A stretch of 57,342 nucleotides of DNA, counting the filler, from Stramenopiles sp. TOSAG23-2 (lineage: Eukaryota), in the NCBI GenBank assembly GCA_900128395.1. It is 3 parts of 3 records of this genome, joined end to end, with 100 filler letters (N's around TTAATTAATTAA, not from the genome) between each part and the next. Parts side by side here need not be neighbours in the genome. Positions count along the whole stretch, not along the records: positions 19,162 to 38,221 come from LT649592.1; positions 38,322 to 57,342 come from LT649593.1; 1 more part is not named here. One strand, written 5' to 3'. Below the pieces are notes generated by a model, which did not search any database, was not told the origin of the DNA, and saw nothing but the letters and a program-made list of their open reading frames with translations. The translations under genes were made by a program, and so were the position numbers. This document shows, piece after piece, positions 33,356-43,915 of this stretch; positions within the stretch are counted from its first letter, which is position 1; every line of letters starts with the position of its first letter.

Positions 33356-35020
33356 TTATATTTTTTTTTTTTGCTTTTTGTTGCTACTACTCATCTTGGA
33401 TATCGTTGTTGTATCTTGTTTGTCTCCTCTTGTATCATCGCTTTTTCCTTCTTCATTATTTATTGCTCGTCTTCTTTTCTTTTCAAATTCATTTGTCGCT
33501 ATTGCATCATCATTACTTTCATCATAGACAATGTCATCAACATCTTCCTCATCCTCACTTTCTTCAGCAAATTTTAATGCAAAATTTTTAATCATTAATG
33601 AAACTTTTTCTTTTGCAAGTGAAAAAATATTTTTTTCTTCTTGTATCAAACATTTTGCCATGGCTGTAATATCATCGTTTCTAATACTTGCCGATAGTTC
33701 GGGTGTAAATGAATTATAACGATGTGAACATATTTCAAGCAATTTTATCAATGCACTAAAAATTATTTGAGCAATTTCAAAATCAATATATTCAGTTCCT
33801 AATTCAATACAACCCGCTTTTTCCCATTCCTCCCATTCATCATCTTCCATAATCAAAACTTGTAGGAATGTTAACAAATCTTTTGGTGGTTCCCAAGCAC
33901 CATTATTATCATCATTATTTACAACAAGTTCTGACTTTTCCAACACAAAAAATTGAAATAAAGAATTCAATTTAGCCTCAGCGAGTTTTTCATCGAGCAT
34001 ATCATACATTTCTTTACGATCAGTAGCTTCAAATGTATCACAATAAGATTCCTTTATGCTTTGTACAACTTCTTGTTTTGTAATTATTACTTTTGAATAT
34101 ATACTCGATTCATAAAAACCATATTGTCTTATTAAAATGCTGCTACCATAATTTCCATAACTAACATATAATTCATCACCAGGTTTTAAATTTTTTTCTG
34201 AATATACTTCAAAGGCATTATTTTCCTTTAATTTTAGATTGACTAATGAAGCATTCTTTTTATCTACATTTGCAGTATGGTTGATTAGATCAAAAATCGG
34301 TATAAATGCACAATATCCTATTGATGGCTTTGTATTATCAGTATGTATTATGGCGCTACTGCTAATGCTGCTGCTGCTGTTACTACTACTACCACCACCA
34401 TTATTATTATTATTGTCTTGATGATGATAATTATCATAATTACGAACTGTATTTATATCTTGTGATGCTCTAGAATATACCCATTGAAAAGCAGTGAAAA
34501 AATTTTCTTTCGTTATAATTTGTGTTGGAAATAGATCTGTTCCTAATTCATGTAATAATTGCAACACATCTTTTTCGTAAATTTTATCTAAATCAAGTAA
34601 CCCGACATTTTTTTCATCGACTAATAATGATGTGCCTTTGAGTTGTTGCTTTTCTTTTTCATTCCATAAATGTGCAATAGTTGGTGGAATTTGGGAGTTT
34701 AAGTATGCGAAGAATGGACTTTTATGTTGTTTTACAAAAAGCTCATGCATTGCAGTAAAGATAAGACCAATAACGCTAGAAAATGTACCACTATCGATAA
34801 AATCTTTAATTTTACCAGAAGGTTGTATTAAGTGTGTTTCTTTAAAATGAAAAAGGCGTTCTCCACATTTTATAGGACCATCTGTAACATAGATTCCATA
34901 TCCTTTATTGCTTTTTTTAATTTCTAAATTAGGATGATGTGTATATGTATCATCACTTTTATTACATAATTTTTCCAATATTTCAATATCAGTAGAAGGT
35001 ATTCTTCCTTTTCGTATCAT
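33356..35020 (-). CDS. SET-domain N-lysine methyltransferase (SETD6/Rubisco-LSMT-like)
   Basis: GYGIYV..PIKCGE, SPFFAYL, QWVYSRA, PIFDLINH, GDELYVSYG; helical substrate-binding C-terminal domain. Confidence 0.9.
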   Translation of the reverse strand: MIRKGRIPSTDIEILEKLCNKSDDTYTHHPNLEIKKSNKGYGIYVTDGPIKCGERLFHFKETHLIQPSGKIKDFIDSGTFSSVIGLIFTAMHELFVKQHKSPFFAYLNSQIPPTIAHLWNEKEKQQLKGTSLLVDEKNVGLLDLDKIYEKDVLQLLHELGTDLFPTQIITKENFFTAFQWVYSRASQDINTVRNYDNYHHQDNNNNNGGGSSSNSSSSISSSAIIHTDNTKPSIGYCAFIPIFDLINHTANVDKKNASLVNLKLKENNAFEVYSEKNLKPGDELYVSYGNYGSSILIRQYGFYESSIYSKVIITKQEVVQSIKESYCDTFEATDRKEMYDMLDEKLAEAKLNSLFQFFVLEKSELVVNNDDNNGAWEPPKDLLTFLQVLIMEDDEWEEWEKAGCIELGTEYIDFEIAQIIFSALIKLLEICSHRYNSFTPELSASIRNDDITAMAKCLIQEEKNIFSLAKEKVSLMIKNFALKFAEESEDEEDVDDIVYDESNDDAIATNEFEKKRRRAINNEEGKSDDTRGDKQDTTTISKMSSSNKKQKKKI

Positions 35021-35334
35021 GTTTTTTTATTCTATCTTTCGATTTAGCGATGTATGTACCATTCAACAGTATAATTATTTCTTCGATGAATTATATATCC
35101 TTGTTGTCATTTTCCAGTGTACCTGGTATTATTGTTTAATCCTTTAGCTCTATCGATAATAATTAATTATTTTACTTTGTTGTGTCTATCTAATAATAAT
35201 AACACCTCCTATATTAATATATTCAGCTATTTTATACTAACAATGAATGAATGATACGATAGAAAGATTATTACTGTATGCTTGGGGAAAATAACAATAA
35301 CAATTTGAATACATGTAGAACAAAATTATAGAAA

Positions 35335-36204
35335 ATGGGAAGTGGAGTTAGTAAAGCGCCATTTGGATCTGTAGAAGAAGCACTTGCAGCTGGTAAAACA
35401 CAAGAAGAAATAGATTTATATTTAAAAGAACAACAAATGTCATTGGAGACAACACCACAGTTAACATTATGTTATCTTAAAATGCAAGCCTTAGCTGAAC
35501 CTGCTCAAATGATGTTACACTATGCAAAAATACCATATACGTATCATTATATCTTCGATTATTTAAAGAAACCATGGGCAGAATGCAAACCGTTGGTACC
35601 TTTTGGCCAAGCGCCAGTTCTGATAGTGAATGGTGACAATGCAAATATGATTGGTGAATCTGGATGCATATGTCGCTACATTGCTAGTTTAAGACCAGCA
35701 GTTTTTAAATTAAATGATTTGGTACAAAATGCACGCTGCGACGCACTATTTGATCGTTGTAACAATACATTATTTGCACCAATGAATCCATGTGCCAATT
35801 TTTTCGTAGCAGAGATGCATACAAATACAATTGCTAAATTTATGGAAACATGGCCTGGTGTATTGAATCAATTTACAAAACAATTGGAACTTGGTCCAGG
35901 TCCGTTTTTTATGGGAGCAGAACCAAAATATTGTGATTTTGCTATTTATCATCATTTTGCAAATATACGATTATGTAAAAGCGATGCACTTGATGGAAGT
36001 CCAAGTGTAGTAAAATTCATGGAAGCATTTGAAAATTTACCTGGTATTAAAGAATATTTTTCCATGCGCCCAACGTTGACTGGTATTGGTGAAAAACCAA
36101 TGTTAGTTTATCCAGATGGAAAAGAAATGTCACCAGGAATGAAAACGGAGGGGGAAGATCCTGAATTATACAAGCGTGTATATACATTTGGACAAAATTT
36201 ATAG
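35335..36204 (+). CDS. Glutathione S-transferase with N-myristoylation motif
   Basis: YLKMQALAEP, VPFGQAPVL, IGESGCICRYIA, FFMGAEPKYCDF, PGIKEYFSMRP; N-terminus MGSGVS. Confidence 0.9.
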   Translation: MGSGVSKAPFGSVEEALAAGKTQEEIDLYLKEQQMSLETTPQLTLCYLKMQALAEPAQMMLHYAKIPYTYHYIFDYLKKPWAECKPLVPFGQAPVLIVNGDNANMIGESGCICRYIASLRPAVFKLNDLVQNARCDALFDRCNNTLFAPMNPCANFFVAEMHTNTIAKFMETWPGVLNQFTKQLELGPGPFFMGAEPKYCDFAIYHHFANIRLCKSDALDGSPSVVKFMEAFENLPGIKEYFSMRPTLTGIGEKPMLVYPDGKEMSPGMKTEGEDPELYKRVYTFGQNL

Positions 36205-36859
36205 AGAGAGAAGAGAGAAGGTAAAGGATGGAAAAATCAATACAGTATTTTTGCAAAAAGGATTAGTTCGCTAATTAGGATTGTGGAAAAAGTCGCTAAT
36301 CAGGATTGTGGAAAAAGTTGGGAAGTGCAAATGAAAACATGAGATTGAGTATTTGAGCATATTATTTACCACGGGAATTAAAAAATTTTATTGTATATAT
36401 TATAGACGTAAAGATTTTAAACCATCATCATTTCAAGGGTGGAGCCCAAGGGGTTTGAGCGTACACACAACAAATGGATAAACATGCAAAAAATACATTG
36501 CCGCATTGCCTTGATTCTATTTATATTGTATTATAATATAGGCACTTTTTTCCATACCACTCATGTACGGATATTCTCATTCCAGGCATTCCAATTTGGT
36601 CTTTTCGAAATACGACATGTAGCCCATGCTATTGCCTGCCAGGCTGTCTTTGAGAGATGATTCTTTTTTTGAAATTTTCACAACAAAATAACAACATAAA
36701 ACACACCAGCACAATATGCACCACCGAAGAATTGATGAGCAAATATACTACTAACTGTAAGTATTAATAACATTTTTCTTACCACAAATGAAAAAGTATA
36801 TATACAAACAAAAAGTAGAGACAAAACAAAATAACATACTAACTATTCAATTGGACAAA

Positions 36860-38074
36860 ATGGCAGCAGTAATATGCAGAGCAATAGCGAAACCGTTTGA
36901 ATTGTGCGGGAAAGCATGTGCGAAATCATGCGAGGCATGTGGGAAATGTTGTAACGAAATGGAAAAAGAGTGCACTAAATGTTGTGGACCTTGTTGTGCT
37001 GAAATAAATAAATGTTGTGGTGGAGTCTGCGATTATATGAGTCAATTTCTTGACAAACCGTTCAGTTCATTGGTTATATTTACATTCTTAGCAGCATTTG
37101 CACCTGCATTTTGCTTGTTTGGATTCATGGCCGATTGTAGTACAGCGGAATGTCAAAAGTGTCAAGAGAATACAGGTGGTGGACCCGACTTGTTTGTTTT
37201 CGGTATTGTTCAAGCTATCTTATTTTTAATACATTTCTTTATGGCAATTTATATTATGAGAAAATTTGATAAACCAATGGCGCATTACGGCGATACATTT
37301 TATCAACGCTTATGCCACTTGGTATGCGAAGATGTTGCCATGGCATTATATATCTGTATTTTAATATTTGCATTTATATGGAATATATTAGGTATGACTT
37401 GGAGAAATGCAACTTCTACTTGCGCTGATCATACATATAGTGTCATGGTTGAAGTCTCCATAACACTTAGTTGGATATTCTTTTTCTTTGGTGGAATAGC
37501 GTTTGCTTTTGCTGCATTGCAAGGTTCTATTGACGAGGGAGCATGTACTCATAATTGTGGAGGCCCATGTGTATTCTGTGGGCGTTTGTGTTGTGGTGCA
37601 GCATGTTGTCCAACTGATGAAGAAATTGCGATGCGTAAGCAACAGCAATTGCAAAGAGATCGTGAAAGACAAGCACAAATGGATCAACAAGGAGGACCAC
37701 AACAACAAAATATGAATAGAAACCCAGGATACGTTGCTGGGTATCAACAACCACCCCAACGACAAGCGCCTTCATTTACCAAGCCAATGCCAACAGCAGT
37801 TGCACAACCTGTATACCAACAGCAACAACAACCAGTATACGTACAGACAAACAACCAATCGCCTAACAGACCTCCAAGGAATCAACAGCAACAAGGTCAA
37901 CCAAAAAAACAAGAAAAAGATGCTGGTGAGGAGCTGGTTGATAATGCAGTTGAGGCAGGCACTGCTATTGCAAAAGGGATTGGGCGTGGTTTAATGAGTG
38001 GATTTAATATGGCTAAAAAAGCTGCACAAGATAGGAAAAAAAGCAACAGCTCAAATAAGAATACGAGAAAGTAA
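36860..38074 (+). CDS. Cys-rich multi-pass membrane protein (about 4 TM) with Gln/Pro-rich tail
   Basis: Cys clusters flank four hydrophobic segments. Probable start is MAAVIC at 36860 (alternative 36788). Confidence 0.8.
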   Translation: MAAVICRAIAKPFELCGKACAKSCEACGKCCNEMEKECTKCCGPCCAEINKCCGGVCDYMSQFLDKPFSSLVIFTFLAAFAPAFCLFGFMADCSTAECQKCQENTGGGPDLFVFGIVQAILFLIHFFMAIYIMRKFDKPMAHYGDTFYQRLCHLVCEDVAMALYICILIFAFIWNILGMTWRNATSTCADHTYSVMVEVSITLSWIFFFFGGIAFAFAALQGSIDEGACTHNCGGPCVFCGRLCCGAACCPTDEEIAMRKQQQLQRDRERQAQMDQQGGPQQQNMNRNPGYVAGYQQPPQRQAPSFTKPMPTAVAQPVYQQQQQPVYVQTNNQSPNRPPRNQQQQGQPKKQEKDAGEELVDNAVEAGTAIAKGIGRGLMSGFNMAKKAAQDRKKSNSSNKNTRK

Positions 38075-38221
38075 ATTAAAAATATATAATATGTGTTTCG
38101 TAAAATACATTTTAGTGGCGTGTGTGTGTGAGGGAAAGGGGTTTTTTTTATAATAGTCAGGTATATCTGGTACTTCAAAATTAAAAAATTTAGCTGGTGT
38201 TCTCGGTGCACAGATATTGTG

Positions 38222-38321
38222 NNNNNNNNNNNNNNNNNNNNNNNNNNNNNNNNNNNNNNNNNNNNTTAATTAATTAANNNNNNNNNNNNNNNNNNNNNNN
38301 NNNNNNNNNNNNNNNNNNNNN
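38222..38321. other. Artificial scaffold linker (44 N + TTAATTAATTAA + 44 N)
   Basis: Same structure as 19062-19161. Confidence 0.97.
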
Positions 38322-38323
38322 AT

Positions 38324-39079
38324 CATCGTCATGTACAAAAAATTATTATAGATAATGAATTTTGTTATATTATGTTTTCTGAAACATATAATAATAATAC
38401 AACAACATCTGGAAATAAATTATTACGATTGTTTGAAAATAAAATTGTTGAAGAATGGACAGCAATGTGTAAAGAAGGTCATTATTGGCCAGGACATGGT
38501 GAAAATATTTACAAGGAAGCAATTGATATATCAATTTCAACAGATACGACACGTGAAATATTATATCGATATTTGCATATTCAAAATAATGGTCCTGTTG
38601 AAGAATCAACAAATTTAACACATAAAAATTATGTAAGAAATGTGGAAAACGGAGAACAAATAAGTCATAGTGCAAGCGTAACAGTGGATCGACTTGATAA
38701 ATTTTTACAATCTGGTGCACAATATTTTTTACAAAATTGTTCTTGTGAAAATAATTATGGATGTATTCGTTTTAGTATATGTATGCCATCTGGTGATGAA
38801 ATGATTATTGATGATAATGGTGTTCTTACCAGTGGTAATAATAATAATCATCATCATCATCATCATAATAATAATAATATTGTATTGAAACCATCCGCTA
38901 CACTATTGCAATTTTATCAATTTAAACGATTTGAAAATGATGAAATAAAAATTGCAGAAGCATGGTATGCAATTGTTCCAGTTGGTGAAACGATTGAAAC
39001 AAGATGGCCTGATTGTTCAATCCAAAGAATAAATTTTTTCGATGAAAATAAGATTGATAGTAATAAGAGTAGTTTGTAG
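38324..39079 (+). CDS. Hypothetical protein, probably 5' truncated
   Basis: The frame is open from the scaffold start (HRHVQKIIIDNEFCYIMFSE...) to the stop at 39079; Asn/His low-complexity insert like other genes here. Confidence 0.7.
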   Translation, partial: HRHVQKIIIDNEFCYIMFSETYNNNTTTSGNKLLRLFENKIVEEWTAMCKEGHYWPGHGENIYKEAIDISISTDTTREILYRYLHIQNNGPVEESTNLTHKNYVRNVENGEQISHSASVTVDRLDKFLQSGAQYFLQNCSCENNYGCIRFSICMPSGDEMIIDDNGVLTSGNNNNHHHHHHNNNNIVLKPSATLLQFYQFKRFENDEIKIAEAWYAIVPVGETIETRWPDCSIQRINFFDENKIDSNKSSL

Positions 39080-39835
39080 TTTTTTTGTATCATATACTGT
39101 GTAATATGAGATATAATGGGGGAAAAAGAAAAAAAATAATGATGTATTACATTATATATATTTTCTATAACGCAGTAATAAGAGTAGTTTGTAGTTTTTT
39201 TGTATCATATACTGTGTAATATGAGATATAATGGGGGAAAAAGAAAAAAAATAATGATGTATTACATTATATATATTTTCTATAACGCATGTGAAGTGAA
39301 CTTTGTTGAATAATAGGACGGGGAATTTATTAGAAAGAAAAAAGAAAAATACGATATATATATATATACAGTATACAGTACAGAGTAAATGCTGTGTATG
39401 ATATTAACGTAAAAGAAGAGAGTGGGGAGGAGACGACCTTTAAAATGAATTCAATAAATTTTGTAGAAAATTAGAAATTAAAATCAATTTTATTTTTTTT
39501 TTATAATAATCCACCATGAGATATATAGGATTTTTTCATATACTACTAGAAGTACTAGAAAACGAAGTGGCCAGGTGGCATCAAGACTTTTCTGTCTTTG
39601 ATAAAAAAATGGGGGGCGCGAGGTGCAAAAGAGTCAACAGTGTTTATTTTTACGTAATGTGCTATATATTATAGTGTTTAAATTATAAAAATAGTTTATG
39701 TATGTAGAAGATAAAAGTATAGCTCTACAAGAAACATATTTATACAGAATAAAAGCGTTGTTCATTTATTGCTGAATCAGTTATATACTATAATACATTC
39801 CAAAGTCGTAGAAAGTGAAACTGCTTTTGTTAAGA

Positions 39836-42823
39836 ATGACGTTGTCGTTGTTAGTTCAGTTAATATTGTTTTGTTTCATATTAGTTTCGTATGTTGATTG
39901 TAAACAGGATGATTTTACTTGTGAACCTGGTTATGGTACGATACCAACAGATATTCGTACATCTGGTTTAGCATCACAATGTAGTGGTCTATCTAAAATA
40001 ACAACACCAGCAGAATGTAAATTAGCAGCTGAATATAATAGGGAGAATAATATTGATAAAAATGAAGGATATGGAGGCCGAGTGAGTTCGTCGAGGGCTC
40101 CACCTGGATGTTATTATAGTGGTGGTAGTAAATATTATTGGAATATATACACAAAATCAACAGCACAATGTAGTAATAGTTTCAAATGTATATGCAAACC
40201 AAAAACATGTATCAAATGCCCTATCAATACATATAGTGAAGGTGATATCAATCCAATATGTACACCATGTCCAAACGATAGGCCAATAACAAAAGATCCG
40301 GGACAAACTTCTGTTGATTCGTGTGTACCATTAAAATGTGAAGCTGGTTACGGTACGATACCAACAGATATTCGTACATCTGGTTTAGCATCACAATGTA
40401 GTGGTATATCTAAAATAACAACACCAGCAGAATGTAAATTAGCAGCTGAATATAATAATAGGAAGAATAATATTGATAAAAATGAAGGATATGGAGGCCG
40501 AAAGAGTGGGTGGTATTTTCCACCTGGATGTTTTTATTATAGTGGTGCTTATAAATATTATTGGAATGACTACCCAACATCAACAACACAATGTAGTAAT
40601 GGTTATAAATGTATATGCAAAACAAAAACATGTATCAAATGCCCAATCAATACATATAGTGAAGGTGGTATCAATCCAACATGTACACCATGTCCAAAAG
40701 ATACACCATATACAGCAACAAATTTATTAAATATATTTACTTCTATTAATAGTTGTGCAGAAGAAAAAGATCCACTTTATTGTGAAGCTGGTACCAAATA
40801 TTTTCATGTTGATAACGAAGATAAAATACCTGTACGTGATTCTGATACGTGTACTCATCAAATAACAACAGAAGCAGAATGTAAATTAACAGCTGAATAT
40901 AATAGGAAGAATAATATTGATAAAAATAAAGGATATGGAGACCGAGTGAGGGATACGGTTTATCCACCTGGATGTTATTATTTGAGTGGTTATGGTGATA
41001 ATAAAAATTATTATTTTAATGACAACACAACATCAACAACAAAATGTAATAATAAACGTAAATGCATCTGCAGACGAAAAACATGCCGCAAATGCCCAAT
41101 CAATCAATACTCCGCAGGTGGTGCTGGAAGTAGAGCAAAGTGTCAACAATGTGTACGACCATTCATAACAGATGAACATCGTACAAAATGTTACAATCCA
41201 GAAATTGCAAATCAAATAAAACAATTCAAATTAGATTTAGTAGCACAAAAAGAAAAACAAAATGATTTATCCATTAAAAATTCACGTTTATGGCAAAAAG
41301 AACAAATTAGAAAACGTCATGATGAATTAATGGAACATCGAAAAGACGATGATAACATGAAAGAGAAAAATCATTGCAAAAGGGAAAAAACGAAACGTAC
41401 TATTGTTTTTCCTGCAATTGAAATATCAAATGAAATAGAATTAAATGAAGATACTACATGTATTGATACAAATCGTGATGAATTATTAAAATCATTTTGT
41501 AGTTTTAGAATGGATTTAGATAATTTATTTCAAATACAAAATGTTGATGAAGAAGCAAAAACATTTTGGCCAAATATATGTTGTAAAGAACGCAAGGATA
41601 AAACATTAGAAGCATGCGAAGATCCTAATGGTAAAATTGAACGTGAAAATATTATACCATTTGCATTATCACAAGGTGGTGATTATAGTCGTCATAATTT
41701 ATATGTTGAAGTTGCTGATACGATTAAACAAGATGGTTATTTACAAAAAGGTATGATCAATTTATTGGAATCCTTACTAACACATATAAAACGATCGGAT
41801 CAAACAGATGCAAAAGATAAAGTGAATACATTCTTCGAACATATTTCATTATGTGGTCCACGTATTATTGATGAACCAGGTTCAAAAGATAAAACAAAAT
41901 TATGTCAATTATTTATTCCATATCAACATGCAATGACACAATTTTACAATTTAATTCATCATTTATTTGCAACACCTATACCAATACAAGAATCATCATC
42001 GTTGATTGAAACATCAATGGAAAAATCATTATTAAATCGTCAATCATTATCTATTACTAATAAGAAAACTCGTTTAGGAAAAAATCGTGGTACAAAAAAT
42101 TTACATTCAACATTTAATCCACATCTTGCGAATGTTATGGCATCAAAAGCAAAAGATGGAACGAAAAAAAAAGAAACATGTGCAATTGATGCAAAGTTTG
42201 GACGAAAGGAATTAGCAAAAATGAAAACTACATATTGTAAAGGTTCCAATGGATTAGATTTATCCAATACAAATGTTAAAAATATTGCATTATATTTTTT
42301 AGATAATGAAATATCAACCCATTATACAGAACATATGATTAGTGTTGAAGAAAATATACGTTATGATGTAGATGATACAACATGTCCATCAAAATTATTT
42401 CAAGCAAAAGATATATCGATACAAAAAATTGCAATGGATACAAACGGAACGGCTGAGAAAAAAGAATGGGTAGCAGTAGTTCATTTAAATACCGAATCTG
42501 AAAATGGATATTTACAAAGTGAATTACCATATTGTGATGCAAAAAATTATTTAATTAATGCAAAAGTTCATGTCAAAGCATATATTGATAATGATAATTG
42601 TTGTAAAGGTTATCGTGATTTTAAATTATGTAAAACACATGATGGTTGTGAGAAGAAATTGATACCACTGAATGATGTTAATAATAAACATTTTGTTAGA
42701 CATGTCAGGTTAACAGGTTCAGATTATGAAATTGTAGATGATGATACAAATAGGAGGAAAAGAAGAAGATTATTTACATCATCAACAAGATCTGCAAGTG
42801 GTAGTTGTGCAAATCGACTTTAA
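39836..42823 (+). CDS. Large secreted Cys-rich protein with three tandem repeats (GCC2/GCC3-like CxxCPxNTYS motifs)
   Basis: Signal-peptide-like MTLSLLVQLILFCFILVSYVDC; three ITTxAEC...PPGCYY...CIC...CxKCPINxYS modules; coiled coil; C-terminal RRKRRRL. Confidence 0.85.
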   Translation: MTLSLLVQLILFCFILVSYVDCKQDDFTCEPGYGTIPTDIRTSGLASQCSGLSKITTPAECKLAAEYNRENNIDKNEGYGGRVSSSRAPPGCYYSGGSKYYWNIYTKSTAQCSNSFKCICKPKTCIKCPINTYSEGDINPICTPCPNDRPITKDPGQTSVDSCVPLKCEAGYGTIPTDIRTSGLASQCSGISKITTPAECKLAAEYNNRKNNIDKNEGYGGRKSGWYFPPGCFYYSGAYKYYWNDYPTSTTQCSNGYKCICKTKTCIKCPINTYSEGGINPTCTPCPKDTPYTATNLLNIFTSINSCAEEKDPLYCEAGTKYFHVDNEDKIPVRDSDTCTHQITTEAECKLTAEYNRKNNIDKNKGYGDRVRDTVYPPGCYYLSGYGDNKNYYFNDNTTSTTKCNNKRKCICRRKTCRKCPINQYSAGGAGSRAKCQQCVRPFITDEHRTKCYNPEIANQIKQFKLDLVAQKEKQNDLSIKNSRLWQKEQIRKRHDELMEHRKDDDNMKEKNHCKREKTKRTIVFPAIEISNEIELNEDTTCIDTNRDELLKSFCSFRMDLDNLFQIQNVDEEAKTFWPNICCKERKDKTLEACEDPNGKIERENIIPFALSQGGDYSRHNLYVEVADTIKQDGYLQKGMINLLESLLTHIKRSDQTDAKDKVNTFFEHISLCGPRIIDEPGSKDKTKLCQLFIPYQHAMTQFYNLIHHLFATPIPIQESSSLIETSMEKSLLNRQSLSITNKKTRLGKNRGTKNLHSTFNPHLANVMASKAKDGTKKKETCAIDAKFGRKELAKMKTTYCKGSNGLDLSNTNVKNIALYFLDNEISTHYTEHMISVEENIRYDVDDTTCPSKLFQAKDISIQKIAMDTNGTAEKKEWVAVVHLNTESENGYLQSELPYCDAKNYLINAKVHVKAYIDNDNCCKGYRDFKLCKTHDGCEKKLIPLNDVNNKHFVRHVRLTGSDYEIVDDDTNRRKRRRLFTSSTRSASGSCANRL

Positions 42824-42997
42824 ATTTATGATATTTATTTTATAAAAAAAAAAGAGTGTGTGTGGCACTGTGTGTGTAAAAAATATTTTTTTTTTACGAA
42901 ATGTATTTTTATAGAGATAGAAAAAAGGATATATATGTTACTCGTAAATCTGAAAATTTGTTTTGTTATTATCTCGCCGTACACTCTCACATATTTC

Positions 42998-43915
42998 TCA
43001 CTCTCGTCTACGTTTTGTACCACCACCTCCTTGTTTCTTTTTTAATTTTCTTCCTTTCATATGTTTTGAATATTTACTTGAACGTCTACCACGTTTATCT
43101 TTATATGATTGGTTATTATTAGTATTATTATTTGTTTTCTTTTTTTTCTTTGCCATACGGCTTGATCCTTTACCACCACCTAATCTTCGTGGCAACCAAT
43201 TATCAACTGTACGACCTCGTTCAACATCTACACGAATACGTTTACCTAATAATCTTAATCCTTCTGCACGTTTATATGCAACTTTGACACTTTCTTCATT
43301 TTCATATTCAACAAATCCATATCCACGATGTGGTGTTGCTTTACTATTACTATTGTTGTTGCTGTTGTTATTATTATTATTATCACCTTGTTGTTTCACA
43401 TCTTTAATCAATGTAACTTTTTTAATTTTACCATATTCTTCTAACAATTCACGCAAATCATCTTCTCGTACATCATAACTTAAACGTGCAACAAATAATG
43501 TTGCCATAGGATTTTCAGTTATAGCATCATTATTTTTAACATTTAATTTCGTTTCTTTTTCTTTTTTCCATTTTTCAATTTCAATTTTTAATTGTTTCTC
43601 GTGCTCTGCTATTTTTTCTTTTCGTAATCGTTTGTTCTTTTCTTCTTTTGATTCTGGTGTTTCTTTCGATTCTTTTTCTACCCTTTCTATATTTTCCTTG
43701 GATGATTCGAAATATTTCATATACGTAGATACACCAGTAACTTGTATTGGTGGTTTAAAATCCAATATAGGTGGTGGTATAAATGGTATTGGTGGCCTAC
43801 CAACAAATAATGCTTTCATAGGTGGATCAAACCATGCAGCTGGTGGTGCTTTGTTGTTTTTCGCATACCCACGCTTATTGTACCCAGCTTGTTTCGGTCG
43901 TTTTTGATATGGCAT
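42998..43915 (-). CDS. SNRNP70: U1 snRNP 70 kDa protein
   Basis: LFVGRPPIPF, NPMATLFVARLSY, RGYGFVEYE, RVDVERGRTVDNWLPRRLGGGKG. Confidence 0.95.
   Translation of the reverse strand: MPYQKRPKQAGYNKRGYAKNNKAPPAAWFDPPMKALFVGRPPIPFIPPPILDFKPPIQVTGVSTYMKYFESSKENIERVEKESKETPESKEEKNKRLRKEKIAEHEKQLKIEIEKWKKEKETKLNVKNNDAITENPMATLFVARLSYDVREDDLRELLEEYGKIKKVTLIKDVKQQGDNNNNNNSNNNSNSKATPHRGYGFVEYENEESVKVAYKRAEGLRLLGKRIRVDVERGRTVDNWLPRRLGGGKGSSRMAKKKKKTNNNTNNNQSYKDKRGRRSSKYSKHMKGRKLKKKQGGGGTKRRRE

Noticed and set aside
36268-36660. 25-bp doublet repeat and a stop-interrupted coding-like stretch
   Set aside because: Too short and degenerate to assign to any family.
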